A stretch of 63,894 bases of DNA, filler included, from an uncultured bacterium (GCA_964372275.1; 4 parts of 4 records of this genome joined end to end with filler, not necessarily neighbours in it); one strand, 5' to 3'. Shown: positions 1-9,490, counted from the first letter of the whole stretch. Notes: generated by a model from the sequence alone, not told the origin. Translations and numbers: made by a program.

Positions 1-272
1 CCATCGCGGCCCCCCCTCATTAAGGACTACCCGGCGGCTCATATAATTCAAATCTAACCGGGCTACCTGGACCCGGCTCCTTGTTTTGGGGTCGAGCGCG
101 CGCACGACTTCCCCGGATCGGCGGTTCTACGAAGCGTCGACCGAATCGTCTTCGTGAACGTTCTCCGGACCGAAGAGGTCCGACCGAACTGTCCGCCGGG
201 CGCTCCCTGTCTCGCACCGGACCCGCCGCACTTCCGCGGGATCTCCGTGACCGTGCTCCGCGATCCCGGAGC

Positions 273-1070
273 CTAGGAGCCCCCGCGGCGGGTTCCGGGA
301 TGGAGGGGGAGGGGAAGCAGCGCCAGGCCTCCCGGGAGACGGTCGCCCGCGAACGGGCCCAGCCCCACCACCACGCGCGCGTCCGACCGTCCGTCGAGGA
401 AGGTGCCGAGCGCGCGGTCCCAGATCGAGAAGATCGTCCCGAAGTTCCGGTCGTGCTCGGCCGGATCGATCGAATGGTGCAGCCGGTGCAATGCCGGAAC
501 GACGAACAGGCGGCCTACCAGCGCCTCGACGCGCGGCGGGAGCCGGCTGTCGGAGTGGACGTAGAGGTTGCAGAGCCCGAAGACCGCCTCGAAGGCGAGC
601 AGCGCCTCGATCGGCGGACCCAGGAGCGCCACCGCCGCGAGCTGGATCGGAAGCGAGAGGACGAGCTCGCCGGCGTGGAACCGCAGCGCCGTCGTCAGGT
701 CGAGCCGCCCGTCGCTGTGATGCACCGCGTGGAAGCGCCACAGCGGCCCGAGCCGGTGGTTGGCGCGGTGCCAGGCCCAGGAGAGCAGGTCGAGCGCGGC
801 GATCGTCGCCGCCACCGCCAGCCAGCCCGGCAAGGCGCGAAGAAGACCGATCCCCCACGATTCGGCGAGCCGCGCCGCGGCACACAGGCACCCGCCGCAC
901 GCGAGCGACAGCAGGACCGTGTTCACCGCTCCGATCGGGAGGTTGCGGTGCCATCGGGCGAGGCCGTTGCGTGGCCCTGTCCACGGAAGGAGCCGCTGCA
1001 GCGTGTAGACGGCGGCGAAAGAGAGAACGAACACCGCCGTCTTGAACAGCCCGAACCGGGACTCGTCCAT
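273..1070 (-). CDS. Sterol desaturase / fatty acid hydroxylase family membrane protein
   Basis: C-terminal part of ORF 273..1754 from ATG at 1070 (MDESRFGLFK); His boxes WHRANH, FHAVHH, YVHS, HRLHH and an NFGTIFSIWDR motif; hydrophobic helices. Confidence 0.9.
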   Translation of the reverse strand: MDESRFGLFKTAVFVLSFAAVYTLQRLLPWTGPRNGLARWHRNLPIGAVNTVLLSLACGGCLCAAARLAESWGIGLLRALPGWLAVAATIAALDLLSWAWHRANHRLGPLWRFHAVHHSDGRLDLTTALRFHAGELVLSLPIQLAAVALLGPPIEALLAFEAVFGLCNLYVHSDSRLPPRVEALVGRLFVVPALHRLHHSIDPAEHDRNFGTIFSIWDRALGTFLDGRSDARVVVGLGPFAGDRLPGGLALLPLPLHPGTRRGGS

Positions 1071-1175
1071 CCGGTCCGGAACGCTAGCGAAGAAGCTCCC
1101 GCTTGACAAAGTGGGCGCGCGGCGGGATTCAGAGCGGACTTCGGACCGACCCGAAGACTTCGAAGGAGACGATCG

Positions 1176-1679
1176 ATGAAGACGACCTCGGCACTGCTCG
1201 CGCTCGCGATCGCGGCGATCGGCGGCAGCGCCCACGCGAAGGGGAAGGAGCACGGCGGCAAGGAGCACGCGGGCAAGGAACACGCCGGCAAGGAGCACGG
1301 CGGAGCGAAGGCGAAGTCCTACAACGCCGAGGAGATCAAGGCGGCGATGAACGCGCACATCACGGCGCAGACCAAGGACGGCGGCGTCCTCCGGATCAAG
1401 GACGAGAAGACGGGCGAGGCGCTGGAGCTTGAGTTCGTCAAGATCCACGATCCCGTGCGCGTCATCGAGAAGAAGGGCTACTTCGCCTGCACCGACTTCA
1501 ATCCCAAGGGGATGAAGGAGAAGCTCTACGACCTCGACTTCTGGCTCAACCCGAACGACAAAGGGGAGCTCAAGGTCTACGAGACCCGCATCCACAAGCA
1601 TCCGGAGCAGAAGGACGGGAAGTGGGAGAAGAAGGAGCGCTACACCTTCATCAACGACAACCCGGTCGAGGTGAAGTGA
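1176..1679 (+). CDS. Secreted hypothetical protein with N-terminal GKEH(G/A) repeats
   Basis: AAGGAG RBS, signal peptide ending AHA, strong GC3 codon bias, stop overlaps the next start (TGATG). Confidence 0.85.
   Translation: MKTTSALLALAIAAIGGSAHAKGKEHGGKEHAGKEHAGKEHGGAKAKSYNAEEIKAAMNAHITAQTKDGGVLRIKDEKTGEALELEFVKIHDPVRVIEKKGYFACTDFNPKGMKEKLYDLDFWLNPNDKGELKVYETRIHKHPEQKDGKWEKKERYTFINDNPVEVK
1242..1301 (+). repeat. 4 x 15-bp coding tandem repeat (GKEHG/GKEHA)
   Basis: ggg aag gag cac ggc / ggc aag gag cac gcg / ggc aag gaa cac gcc / ggc aag gag cac ggc. Confidence 0.9.
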
Positions 1680-2710
1680 TGTCCCGCCGCCGCGCCGGTT
1701 CGCTCCGCGCCGCCGGCGCGGCGGCGCTCGCCCTCCTCGTCCTCGGGGCCGCACCCGCCACGCGGACGATCGACTTCTCCTACGTCGTCACCGCCGACGT
1801 TCCGGCGGGCGAGGGTCCGATCGACCTCTTCGTTCCGATCGCGCGCGGCGACGACGGGCAGGAGATCGTGCGCTCCGAGGTCGTGGCAACCGTTCCGGGT
1901 ACGGAGCGGACCGAGGAAAGGCACGGCAACCGCTTCTGGCACGCTCGCGTCGAGCGCTCCGACGGGACGCCGATCCGGGTGCAGGTCGACTACACCGTGA
2001 AGCGCACGACCGTCCGTCGCGACGTGACCGGGCGCGCGACCACGCGCGACTACAGCCGGCGCGAGCGGAAGGAGGCGTCGATCCACCTCGCCCCCGACCG
2101 CCGCACGCCGGTGAAGGCGGCCTATCTCGAGCCGATGCTCGCCGACCTCCGAGCCCGCGGAGCGAGGAGCCCGTACGAGCGGGCCCGCGCCACCTACGAC
2201 TTCGTCGTCGACACGATGGAGTACAAGAAGACGGGCACCGGTTGGGGGAACGGCGATACCGAGTGGGCCTGCAGCCAGCGCTACGGCAACTGCACCGACT
2301 TCCACGCCCTGTTCCTCTCGTTGGCGCGCGCGCAGGGTCTCCCGTCCCGGTTCGAGATCGGCTTCCCGGTCCCGGAGGACCGGGTGGAGTCGGAAATCCC
2401 GGGCTACCACTGCTGGGTCGAGGTCTATCTCCCGGAGGTCGGCTGGTTCCCGATCGACGCCTCGGAGGCGAAGAAGCGTCCCGAGAAGCGTGACCTGTTC
2501 TTCGGCGCGCAGCCCCCCGACCGGGTTCTGTTCACCGTCGGCCGCGACCTCGAGCTCGGACCCGGACACACCACCGGTCCGCTGAACTACTTCGTCTACC
2601 CGCACGTCGAGGTCGGCGGAAAGGTCTGGACCGGGGTGACCACCCGGTTCCGCTTCGTCGACCGCACCGCGCGGGGCGAGACCCCCACCGCGGGCAAGAC
2701 GACGCTCTGA
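1679..2710 (+). CDS. Exported transglutaminase-like cysteine protease domain protein
   Basis: ATG overlaps upstream TGA; GNCTDFH, YHCWVE and WFPIDAS give a Cys-His-Asp triad; N-terminal signal sequence. Confidence 0.9.
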   Translation: MSRRRAGSLRAAGAAALALLVLGAAPATRTIDFSYVVTADVPAGEGPIDLFVPIARGDDGQEIVRSEVVATVPGTERTEERHGNRFWHARVERSDGTPIRVQVDYTVKRTTVRRDVTGRATTRDYSRRERKEASIHLAPDRRTPVKAAYLEPMLADLRARGARSPYERARATYDFVVDTMEYKKTGTGWGNGDTEWACSQRYGNCTDFHALFLSLARAQGLPSRFEIGFPVPEDRVESEIPGYHCWVEVYLPEVGWFPIDASEAKKRPEKRDLFFGAQPPDRVLFTVGRDLELGPGHTTGPLNYFVYPHVEVGGKVWTGVTTRFRFVDRTARGETPTAGKTTL

Positions 2711-2724
2711 CGCGGTCCGTTCGC

Positions 2725-3723
2725 CTACGGCGCCTTCGGGAGCTTGAGCGTCACCGTCGCCCCGCCGCCGTCGTTGGTGGCGGAGATCGATCCGCCGTGC
2801 GCCTCGACGACCGCGCGGGCGAAGGCGAGGTCGAGCTTTCCGCCGGAGCCCCCGCGGACCAGTGCGCCGGCGTCGAAGACGTGCGAGGGGTGTTCGGCGG
2901 GGAAGGCGGGGCCGGTGTCGCGCACCGTCAGGGTGTAGGCGCGGTCGCCTTCGTCGAGCGAGATCGACACCTTCCCGCCCGGGCCGGCCGCCGACGCGCC
3001 GTGGTCGATCACGCCGCGCAGCGCCGACTCCAGCCTCGAGGCGACGGCGACGACGGTGCGCGGCCCGGCGGCGTCGACCTCGAACGCCACCTGGGCGTGC
3101 CGCGGTTCGGCGCGCAACGCCTCCCCGAGTCCGCGGGCCAGCGCCGCGAGGTCGACGACGTCCCGCTCCTCGTCGATCAGCCCCGCCTCGGCGCGCGCCA
3201 GCTCCACGAAGTGGGTCACCGATTCGTCCAGCCGGCGGCTCGCGTCCTGGAACAGCGCGGCGTGGCGGGTGACGCGCGGGTCGTCGCCGGCGCCGCGCGC
3301 CAGCGAGTCGGCGGCGGCGCGGATGGCGGCGATCGGGTTCTTCAGGTCGTGCGCCAGGTCGGAGAAGAGCGATTGGTTGGCGCGCGACCGGCGGCGCAGC
3401 GCCACCAGCAGCGCGTCGAACGAGGAGGCCAGCTCCCCCACCTCGTCGGCGCGGCGCCGCTCGAGCCCGGCCCCCGGTGCGGCGCGCGTCGCCTGCGGGA
3501 CGATCCGCGCGCGCAGCTCGTCGTAGGGGAGCGCCACCGCCCGGCCGTTCCAGCGTCCGACGACGAACCCGGCCAACGCCGCGGCCGCGATCCGCGCGAG
3601 GAACGGCACCCCGAACAGCTCCAACACCAGCGCGGTGGCGAGCGTCGACGCCGCGGTGTCGAGGCAGGCGATCGTGACGCGCAGTTTCAGTGGCCGGGGA
3701 GCCGGACCGAGCACGAGCCCCAT
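2725..3723 (-). CDS. HAMP-domain sensor histidine kinase with degenerate ATPase boxes
   Basis: ATG at 3723, 5 nt after the regulator stop; two TM helices, HAMP (RRADEVGELASSF), H-box AHDLKNP, HATPase-like C-terminus (VEAHGGSI). Confidence 0.85.
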   Translation of the reverse strand: MGLVLGPAPRPLKLRVTIACLDTAASTLATALVLELFGVPFLARIAAAALAGFVVGRWNGRAVALPYDELRARIVPQATRAAPGAGLERRRADEVGELASSFDALLVALRRRSRANQSLFSDLAHDLKNPIAAIRAAADSLARGAGDDPRVTRHAALFQDASRRLDESVTHFVELARAEAGLIDEERDVVDLAALARGLGEALRAEPRHAQVAFEVDAAGPRTVVAVASRLESALRGVIDHGASAAGPGGKVSISLDEGDRAYTLTVRDTGPAFPAEHPSHVFDAGALVRGGSGGKLDLAFARAVVEAHGGSISATNDGGGATVTLKLPKAP

Positions 3724-3728
3724 CGACG

Positions 3729-4424
3729 CTACGCGGCCTTCCACCGATAGCCGGCGCCGACGATCGTCTCGATCCCGTCGAACGCGGGGTCGATCGCCTC
3801 GAACTTGCGCCGCAGGCGGCGCACGTAGGTGTCGATGATGCGCTCCACCACGATGGTGTCCTCGCCGCGGAGCATCTCCAGCAGCTTCGCCCGCGAGTGC
3901 ACCACGCCGGGGCGGCGCAACAGGATCTCGAGCAGACGGAACTCGGTGACCGTCACCACCACCGGCTGGCTGCGGAAGCGTGCCTCGAGCCGCTCCGGGT
4001 CGAGCTCCAGCCCGCCCCCCGAGACGACCGGCTGTTCCCGGGTGGCGCCGCCGACGCGAAGCGCCTGGCGCCGGAGAAGCGACTGGATGCGCGCCAGGAG
4101 CACACGGGTGGAGCACGGCTTGGCGACGTAGTCGTCGGCGCCGAGCTCGAGCCCCAGCGCCTCGTCGATCTCCCCGTCGCGGGAAGTCAACAGGATCAGC
4201 GGCACGTCGTTCCCGCCCTCGCGCACCTTGCGGCAGAGGGCGAACCCGTCGATCTCGGGCATGTTGACGTCGCTGATCACCGCCTCCGGGCGCTTTTCGT
4301 CGATGGCGGCGAGCCCCTTGGCGCCGTCGGCCGCGGTCAGGACCGCGTGGCCCGCGTCCTCGAACGCGATCGACAGAGCGGCGAGCAGGGCGGGATCGTC
4401 GTCGATGATCAGGATCGTCGCCAT
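3729..4424 (-). CDS. OmpR/PhoB-family response regulator (ChvI/CreB-like)
   Basis: Receiver IIDDD...SDVNMP...LTSR...GADDYVAKP plus winged helix (IDTYVRRLRRK, IETIVGAGY). Confidence 0.95.
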   Translation of the reverse strand: MATILIIDDDPALLAALSIAFEDAGHAVLTAADGAKGLAAIDEKRPEAVISDVNMPEIDGFALCRKVREGGNDVPLILLTSRDGEIDEALGLELGADDYVAKPCSTRVLLARIQSLLRRQALRVGGATREQPVVSGGGLELDPERLEARFRSQPVVVTVTEFRLLEILLRRPGVVHSRAKLLEMLRGEDTIVVERIIDTYVRRLRRKFEAIDPAFDGIETIVGAGYRWKAA

Positions 4425-4507
4425 CGGAAGGAATCGTCTCCCAGCGCCGCGAAAGGCTCAAGAGCCGACCGCCTCGCCGGTACCGCCGTGGTAGCGTTCG
4501 CACCGCG

Positions 4508-6943
4508 ATGCTCCTCCAGGTTGGCCTGGTTCTCGCCGTGGTGTCGGCCGTCACAGTGGCCGGCGCGTGGTGGATCGTGCGCCGGCCGCTCCCGAAGAGA
4601 CGCGGGCGGATGCGGCTGCCGGGCCTCTCCGCGCCCGTGGAGGTGCTGCGCGACATCCACGGCGTCCCGCACCTCTTCGCGGCGAATCTGGAGGACGCCG
4701 CCTTCGCCCAGGGGGTGGTCCACGTCCAGGAACGCCTGTGGCAGATGGAGCTGAACCGCCGCGTCGGGTCCGGGCGCCTGTCGGAGCTGTTCGGCGAGCG
4801 CGCGCTCGCGGCCGACCGCCACCTGCGGCGGCTGGGCTTGCGTCGCGCGGCCGAGGAGGAGGTGGCGCACGTGCGCCCGGAGGAGCGCGCGCTGCTCGAG
4901 GCCTATGCGCGCGGCGTGAACGCGGCGATGGCGCGGCATCCGCGGCCGCTGGAGCTCCGGATCCTGCGGGTGGTGCCGGAGCCGTGGACCCCGGTCGACA
5001 GCCTCTGCTGGGCGAAGGTGATGAGTTTGAGCCTCTGCGCCAACCTCGAGGCGGAGCTGTTCCGGGCAAGGCTGGTGGAACGGGTCGGTCCGGAGCGGGC
5101 CGCGGCGCTGGAGCTGCTCTATCCCGCGGGCTTGCCCGCCGCCGTCCCGCCGGGGACGAAGGTCGGCGATCTGGCTCCGGCGCTGCTCGCCGCATACGCC
5201 GAGATTCGACCCTTCCTTCCGCTCGGGATCGGCGGCGGCAGCAACAACTGGGTCGTCGCCGGAAGTCGCACGGCGACCGGAAAGCCGCTCCTCGCCAACG
5301 ACCCGCACCTGGTTCTGTCGCTGCCGGGTATCTGGTACGAGACGCACCTGGTGGCCGGCGACGTCGACGCCTACGGCGTGACGATGCCCGGACTTCCCGG
5401 GATCGTGCTGGGGCACAACCGCCACGTCGCGTGGGGCTTCACCAATTCGTTCGCCGACGTGCAGGACCTCTACCTGGAGCGCTTCCACCCGGAGCGTCCG
5501 GACGAAGTGGAGTTCCAGGGACGGTTCGAGAAGGCGCGCGTGGTGCGCGAGACGATCCGCGTCAAGGGGCGCCCGGACGTGGTGGAGGAGGTGCGGATCA
5601 CGCGGCACGGACCGGTGTTGACCGGCCCTGGATCGACGACCGGCCTCGCGCTCCGCTGGACCGCCTACGAGCCGGGCCACACGGTGGCGGCGATGGTCGG
5701 CATGATGCGCGCCCGTGACGTCCACCAGTTCCGCGAAGCGCTGCGCGACTGGCACACCCCGTCGCAGAACGTCGTCTTCGCCGACGACGCCGGGAACATC
5801 GGCTTCCGGATGTCGGGGGTCGTCCCGATCCGCGCCAAGGGATCGGGGCTGACCCCGGTCCCGGGCTGGTCGGGCGACCACGAATGGACCGGCTACGTGC
5901 CGTTCGAGGAGCTGCCGCAGGCGATCAACCCGAAGGCCGGATTCATTGCCACCGCCAACAACCGCGTCGCCGGCGACGGTTATCCCCACCACCTCACCTG
6001 GGACACGATGAACGGGTACCGCGCCGACCGGATCGAGACGTTGATCCGCGCGACCCCCCGCCTGGGGCCGAAGGAGTTCCGCGACATCCAGATGGACGTC
6101 TTTTGCGCCCCGGGGGCGCGCTTCGCGGCCACGGTGCGGAGCGTCGGCCTGAAGCCGACCGACTCGATCGAACGGCAGGCGCTGGACGCGCTCCTTCGCT
6201 GGGACGGGCACGCCAGGCCCGAGAGTGGCGGCTGCGCCGTCTACCAGGCGATGCTGCTGGCGGCGATGCGGCGGGTGTTCGAGCCGGCGTTGGGGCGGAC
6301 GCTTCTCGACGCGATGATGGGGCGCTCCGACAACCCGATCAACCCGTTCGGGATCCTGGTCGGTCGTTACAGCGGGGTCCTGGTCGAGGCCTTCGCGCGT
6401 CGGGACACGCGCTTTCTCGAGGCCGCCGAGTTCCGCTGCGGACACGCCGAACCCTGGAAGGTGCTGGCGGCGCGCGCGCTGAGCGACGCCGTCGCCGAAC
6501 TGCGCGCGCGGATGGGGGACGACGTCGCCCGCTGGTCGTGGGGCCGGATCCACACCCTGTCGCTCAAGCATCCGCTCGGTTCGGTGAAGCCGTTGCACCT
6601 CCTCTTCAACGGCCCGACCGTCCCGATCGGCGGCGATACCGACACGCCGCTGCAGACGGCGGTGGTGCCGCACGCGCCGTTCGGCGCCGACGCCTGGTCG
6701 CCGTCGTGGCGGCAGATCGTCGATCTGGCGGCGCCGCACCGGTCGGTGTCGGTGCTGCCGGGAGGGCAGTCGGGGCATCCCGGTAGTCCGCACTACCTCG
6801 ACCAGTTCCCGCTGTGGTTGCGCGGCGAGTACCACGCGCAGTGGCTCGACCGCCCCGAGATCGAGGCCCACCTCGAGGGGCGGCTGCGCCTCGAACCGGA
6901 GGCCGGCGTCGCGGCGGCGGGTCGGGAGCGCGGCGCGGCGTGA
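4508..6943 (+). CDS. Penicillin acylase family Ntn hydrolase
   Basis: RDIHGVPH, GSNNW autocleavage site, LLANDPHL, ATANN, PGGQSGHPGSPHYLDQ; N-terminal membrane anchor. Confidence 0.95.
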   Translation: MLLQVGLVLAVVSAVTVAGAWWIVRRPLPKRRGRMRLPGLSAPVEVLRDIHGVPHLFAANLEDAAFAQGVVHVQERLWQMELNRRVGSGRLSELFGERALAADRHLRRLGLRRAAEEEVAHVRPEERALLEAYARGVNAAMARHPRPLELRILRVVPEPWTPVDSLCWAKVMSLSLCANLEAELFRARLVERVGPERAAALELLYPAGLPAAVPPGTKVGDLAPALLAAYAEIRPFLPLGIGGGSNNWVVAGSRTATGKPLLANDPHLVLSLPGIWYETHLVAGDVDAYGVTMPGLPGIVLGHNRHVAWGFTNSFADVQDLYLERFHPERPDEVEFQGRFEKARVVRETIRVKGRPDVVEEVRITRHGPVLTGPGSTTGLALRWTAYEPGHTVAAMVGMMRARDVHQFREALRDWHTPSQNVVFADDAGNIGFRMSGVVPIRAKGSGLTPVPGWSGDHEWTGYVPFEELPQAINPKAGFIATANNRVAGDGYPHHLTWDTMNGYRADRIETLIRATPRLGPKEFRDIQMDVFCAPGARFAATVRSVGLKPTDSIERQALDALLRWDGHARPESGGCAVYQAMLLAAMRRVFEPALGRTLLDAMMGRSDNPINPFGILVGRYSGVLVEAFARRDTRFLEAAEFRCGHAEPWKVLAARALSDAVAELRARMGDDVARWSWGRIHTLSLKHPLGSVKPLHLLFNGPTVPIGGDTDTPLQTAVVPHAPFGADAWSPSWRQIVDLAAPHRSVSVLPGGQSGHPGSPHYLDQFPLWLRGEYHAQWLDRPEIEAHLEGRLRLEPEAGVAAAGRERGAA

Positions 6944-8361
6944 TGCGGGGGGTCACGCTCGCCGCTCTGGCGTCGTACCTGGTCCTGCTGATCGGCGTCG
7001 GCCTCTGGTCGGCGCGGCGGCACAAGGGGTTCCACGACTACGTCACCGGCGGCGGGCGGATCCCGGCGTGGATGCTGGCCCTGTCGTTCCTCTCCAACTT
7101 CGTCAGCTCCAACTCTTTCGTCGGACACAGCGCCAAGAGCTACCAGGTGGGGCTCACCTGGTGCCTGGTCGGCGGGATCATGGTCGCCTGCTGCGCGCTC
7201 TCCTGGTTCGTCTTCGCGCCGCGGTTCGCCGCGTTCGCCGGACGCACGCGAGTGACGACGCTTCCGGAGTTTTTCGAGACCCGATTCGCGTCGCCGGCGT
7301 TGGGGGCGGTCGTCGCGGTCGTGGTGGTGGTTACGACGCTCTTCTACCTGCTCGCGGTCCTTCGCGGGACGGCGCTGGTGGTCGCCAGCGGGCTGGGGCT
7401 CCCCTACGTCGGGGCGCTGGGGGTGATCTACGTCGTGACCCTGGTCTACGCGGCGCTCGGCGGCCTGTGGGCCGACGTCTCGACCGACGTGGTGCAGACC
7501 TTCGTGCTCGTTGCCGGGGCGGTCGCACTCCCGCTCGCGGTCCTCGCCGCGGAGCCGGCCGCCACGGCGCCGCCGCCGATCGAGCCGGTGCCGCTGGCGC
7601 TCGTCCTCTCGGTCGGCATCGCCGGCGGGGTGAAGCTCCTCGCCGACCCGAAGCAGATCATCGTCTTCTACGCCTTTCAGGACCCGGCGCGCGCGCGGCG
7701 GTTCCGGTGGGTGGGGCCGACGCTGCTCCTCCTGGTCTACGCCTGCCTCTTTCCGCTCGGCTTCCTGGCGCGGCGGATCGCGGGGGAGGTGCCGGCGCTC
7801 GAGTCGCTCGTGCCGTGGCTCGTCTTCGAGCGAGGGATCCTCGGCGCCTGGCTCGGACCGCTGTTCATGGTGGCGCTGGTCGCCGCGGCGATGAGCTCGC
7901 TCGACTCGGCGCTCCTCGTCGTCGCCTCCTGCGTCGAACGCTCGCTCTTCGCGCGTGGCGGCACCCCCCCGAGCGTTGCGCGCACGCGGCTCCTCGTCGT
8001 CGCCGCGGCGACCGCCAGCCTCCTGCTTTCGATCCGGCCGCTGGGCGGCATCATCGAGCTGACCACCTTCGCCGGCGCGCTCCTCGGCGCGGCGCTCCTC
8101 CCCGCGATCGGCGTCGGGTTGACCTCGCGCGAGATCCCGGCCCGCGCCGTCCTGGCGTCGATCGCCTTCGGCTGCGCGGGCGCCGTCGCCGGAAAGCTGT
8201 TGCCCGACCTCGTCGGGATCCGCTCCCCCTGGTTCCAGGACATGTTCGTCGGTCTGGCCGCGTCGACGCTGGCGCTGCTTCCTAGTCTCCGACGCGCTCC
8301 AGGTTCTCGAACGTCAGGTCGTAGCGCACCCAGTAGTACGGGTCGTCCGAGCCCTGCTTGA
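6943..8361 (+). CDS. Sodium:solute symporter family protein
   Basis: TGATG coupling to the acylase; many TM helices; TLPEFFETRF, YAALGG..ADVSTDVVQ, AAAMSSLDS motifs. Confidence 0.9.
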   Translation: MRGVTLAALASYLVLLIGVGLWSARRHKGFHDYVTGGGRIPAWMLALSFLSNFVSSNSFVGHSAKSYQVGLTWCLVGGIMVACCALSWFVFAPRFAAFAGRTRVTTLPEFFETRFASPALGAVVAVVVVVTTLFYLLAVLRGTALVVASGLGLPYVGALGVIYVVTLVYAALGGLWADVSTDVVQTFVLVAGAVALPLAVLAAEPAATAPPPIEPVPLALVLSVGIAGGVKLLADPKQIIVFYAFQDPARARRFRWVGPTLLLLVYACLFPLGFLARRIAGEVPALESLVPWLVFERGILGAWLGPLFMVALVAAAMSSLDSALLVVASCVERSLFARGGTPPSVARTRLLVVAAATASLLLSIRPLGGIIELTTFAGALLGAALLPAIGVGLTSREIPARAVLASIAFGCAGAVAGKLLPDLVGIRSPWFQDMFVGLAASTLALLPSLRRAPGSRTSGRSAPSSTGRPSPA

Positions 8362-8737
8362 AGTAGCGGCCGGTGTAGGCGAACGATCCGCCGTCGGAGG
8401 TGAGCGCCCCTTCGGTCGAGATCCGGACGACGATCACCCCGAGGTCGCCGCCGACGTCGTACTCCCCTTGCAGATAGTCCGAGCCGAAGGTGAGACCCCT
8501 CGGGTCGGCCAGCGCCGTGAATCCGGCGAACGAGACCGCCGGACCGAACTGGTCGACGACGAACTTCACGGTCCGGTCGTCGACCGACATCTCCCCCCCG
8601 TCCTGGGTGGAGTAGCGGATCGTCACGTCGGCGGTGAACGTGCCGTCGAACTCCGCGGCCGACAACGGATATTCGGATCCTCCGGGGTCGCAGCCGCCCG
8701 CCAGGAGCAGGGCCAGCAAGCCTCCACGCGTGCCCAT
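8282..8737 (-). CDS. Putative lipoprotein of unknown function
   Basis: GGAGG RBS, lipobox LLAGGC, beta-strand-like mature sequence; 3' end overlaps the symporter by 80 bp. Confidence 0.7.
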   Translation of the reverse strand: MGTRGGLLALLLAGGCDPGGSEYPLSAAEFDGTFTADVTIRYSTQDGGEMSVDDRTVKFVVDQFGPAVSFAGFTALADPRGLTFGSDYLQGEYDVGGDLGVIVVRISTEGALTSDGGSFAYTGRYFKQGSDDPYYWVRYDLTFENLERVGD

Positions 8738-8763
8738 CGTGTGACCTCCCTCGTCTACTGTAA

Positions 8764-8798
8764 CCCCGCAAAGCCGCTCTGGCAGCGGATTTGCGGGG
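8764..8798. promoter_or_regulatory. Inverted repeat between divergent genes, containing a sigma54-like -24/-12 motif on + strand
   Basis: CCCCGCAAA/TTTGCGGGG and CCGCT/AGCGG arms; TGGCAGCGGATTTGC (8780-8794) has GG-N10-GC spacing. Confidence 0.4.
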
Positions 8799-8836
8799 AG
8801 TTACCCCACGGTGGCGGTGCCGGGTAGGATGCCGCC

Positions 8837-9490
8837 GTGCGGCTGCGAACCCCCTGGATCTTCGACGTCGGCGCCGGGATCTACGACCGGCTCACCGACC
8901 AGGCGGTCTGGCGCGCCCACTGCCGGGAGATGGCGGCGCGTCTCCCCGGCGGGCCGGTGCTCGATCTGGGGATCGGACCGGGAGTCTCCGGGATCGAGAT
9001 GGCGCGCGCGTCGCCGGGACTCTCGTTCATCGGAGTCGACCTGGCGATGCCGATGCTCGAGCGGGCGAAACGCCACGTCGCCGCGGCGCAGGTCGAGCTT
9101 CCCCTGGTCCGCGCCGACGCCGCGCGGCTCCCGTTCGACGCCGGGAGCTTCGCCGCCGCCGTCGGCCACAGCTTCCTCTACCTCGTCGAAGACCGGACCG
9201 CCGTGCTTCGCGACGTCCACCGCGTGCTCCGCCCGGGTGGGCGGATCGTCTTCCTGGAGCCGAACGGCGCGACCGGTTCAATCGCGCGCGCGTCGGCGAT
9301 CGGGCGCGCGGTCGTCCGGGGCGAGGTGCGGTTTGCGACCTCGATGGCGCTCTGGAACGTCTTCTCCCGGTTGCACGGCCGCTTCACCGCCGAGACGATC
9401 GGGGCGCAGCTCGCGGCCTGCGGATTTTCCAATCCCAAGGCGGAGCCGACGCTCGGCGGCCTGGGGCTGATCGCCTCGGCCGAGCGGTGA
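8837..9490 (+). CDS. Class I SAM-dependent methyltransferase (UbiE-like fold)
   Basis: VLDLGIGPG motif I, GVDLAMPML, ADAARLPF, RVLRPGG; GTG start. Confidence 0.9.
   Translation: MRLRTPWIFDVGAGIYDRLTDQAVWRAHCREMAARLPGGPVLDLGIGPGVSGIEMARASPGLSFIGVDLAMPMLERAKRHVAAAQVELPLVRADAARLPFDAGSFAAAVGHSFLYLVEDRTAVLRDVHRVLRPGGRIVFLEPNGATGSIARASAIGRAVVRGEVRFATSMALWNVFSRLHGRFTAETIGAQLAACGFSNPKAEPTLGGLGLIASAER

Noticed and set aside
1-272. Known riboswitch, 6S RNA or tRNA in the first intergenic region
   Set aside because: No consensus of a family I can recognise; kept only as a candidate operator
1242-1301. Short tandem repeats (also 25749-25796, 34393-34428, about 60420-60475) as CRISPR or other non-coding arrays
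   Set aside because: In-frame coding repeats with unit lengths divisible by 3, no spacers and no cas genes
8282-8361. 80-bp convergent overlap of symporter and lipoprotein as antisense regulation
   Set aside because: The symporter tail is low-complexity run-on typical of stop-poor GC-rich DNA; no further evidence
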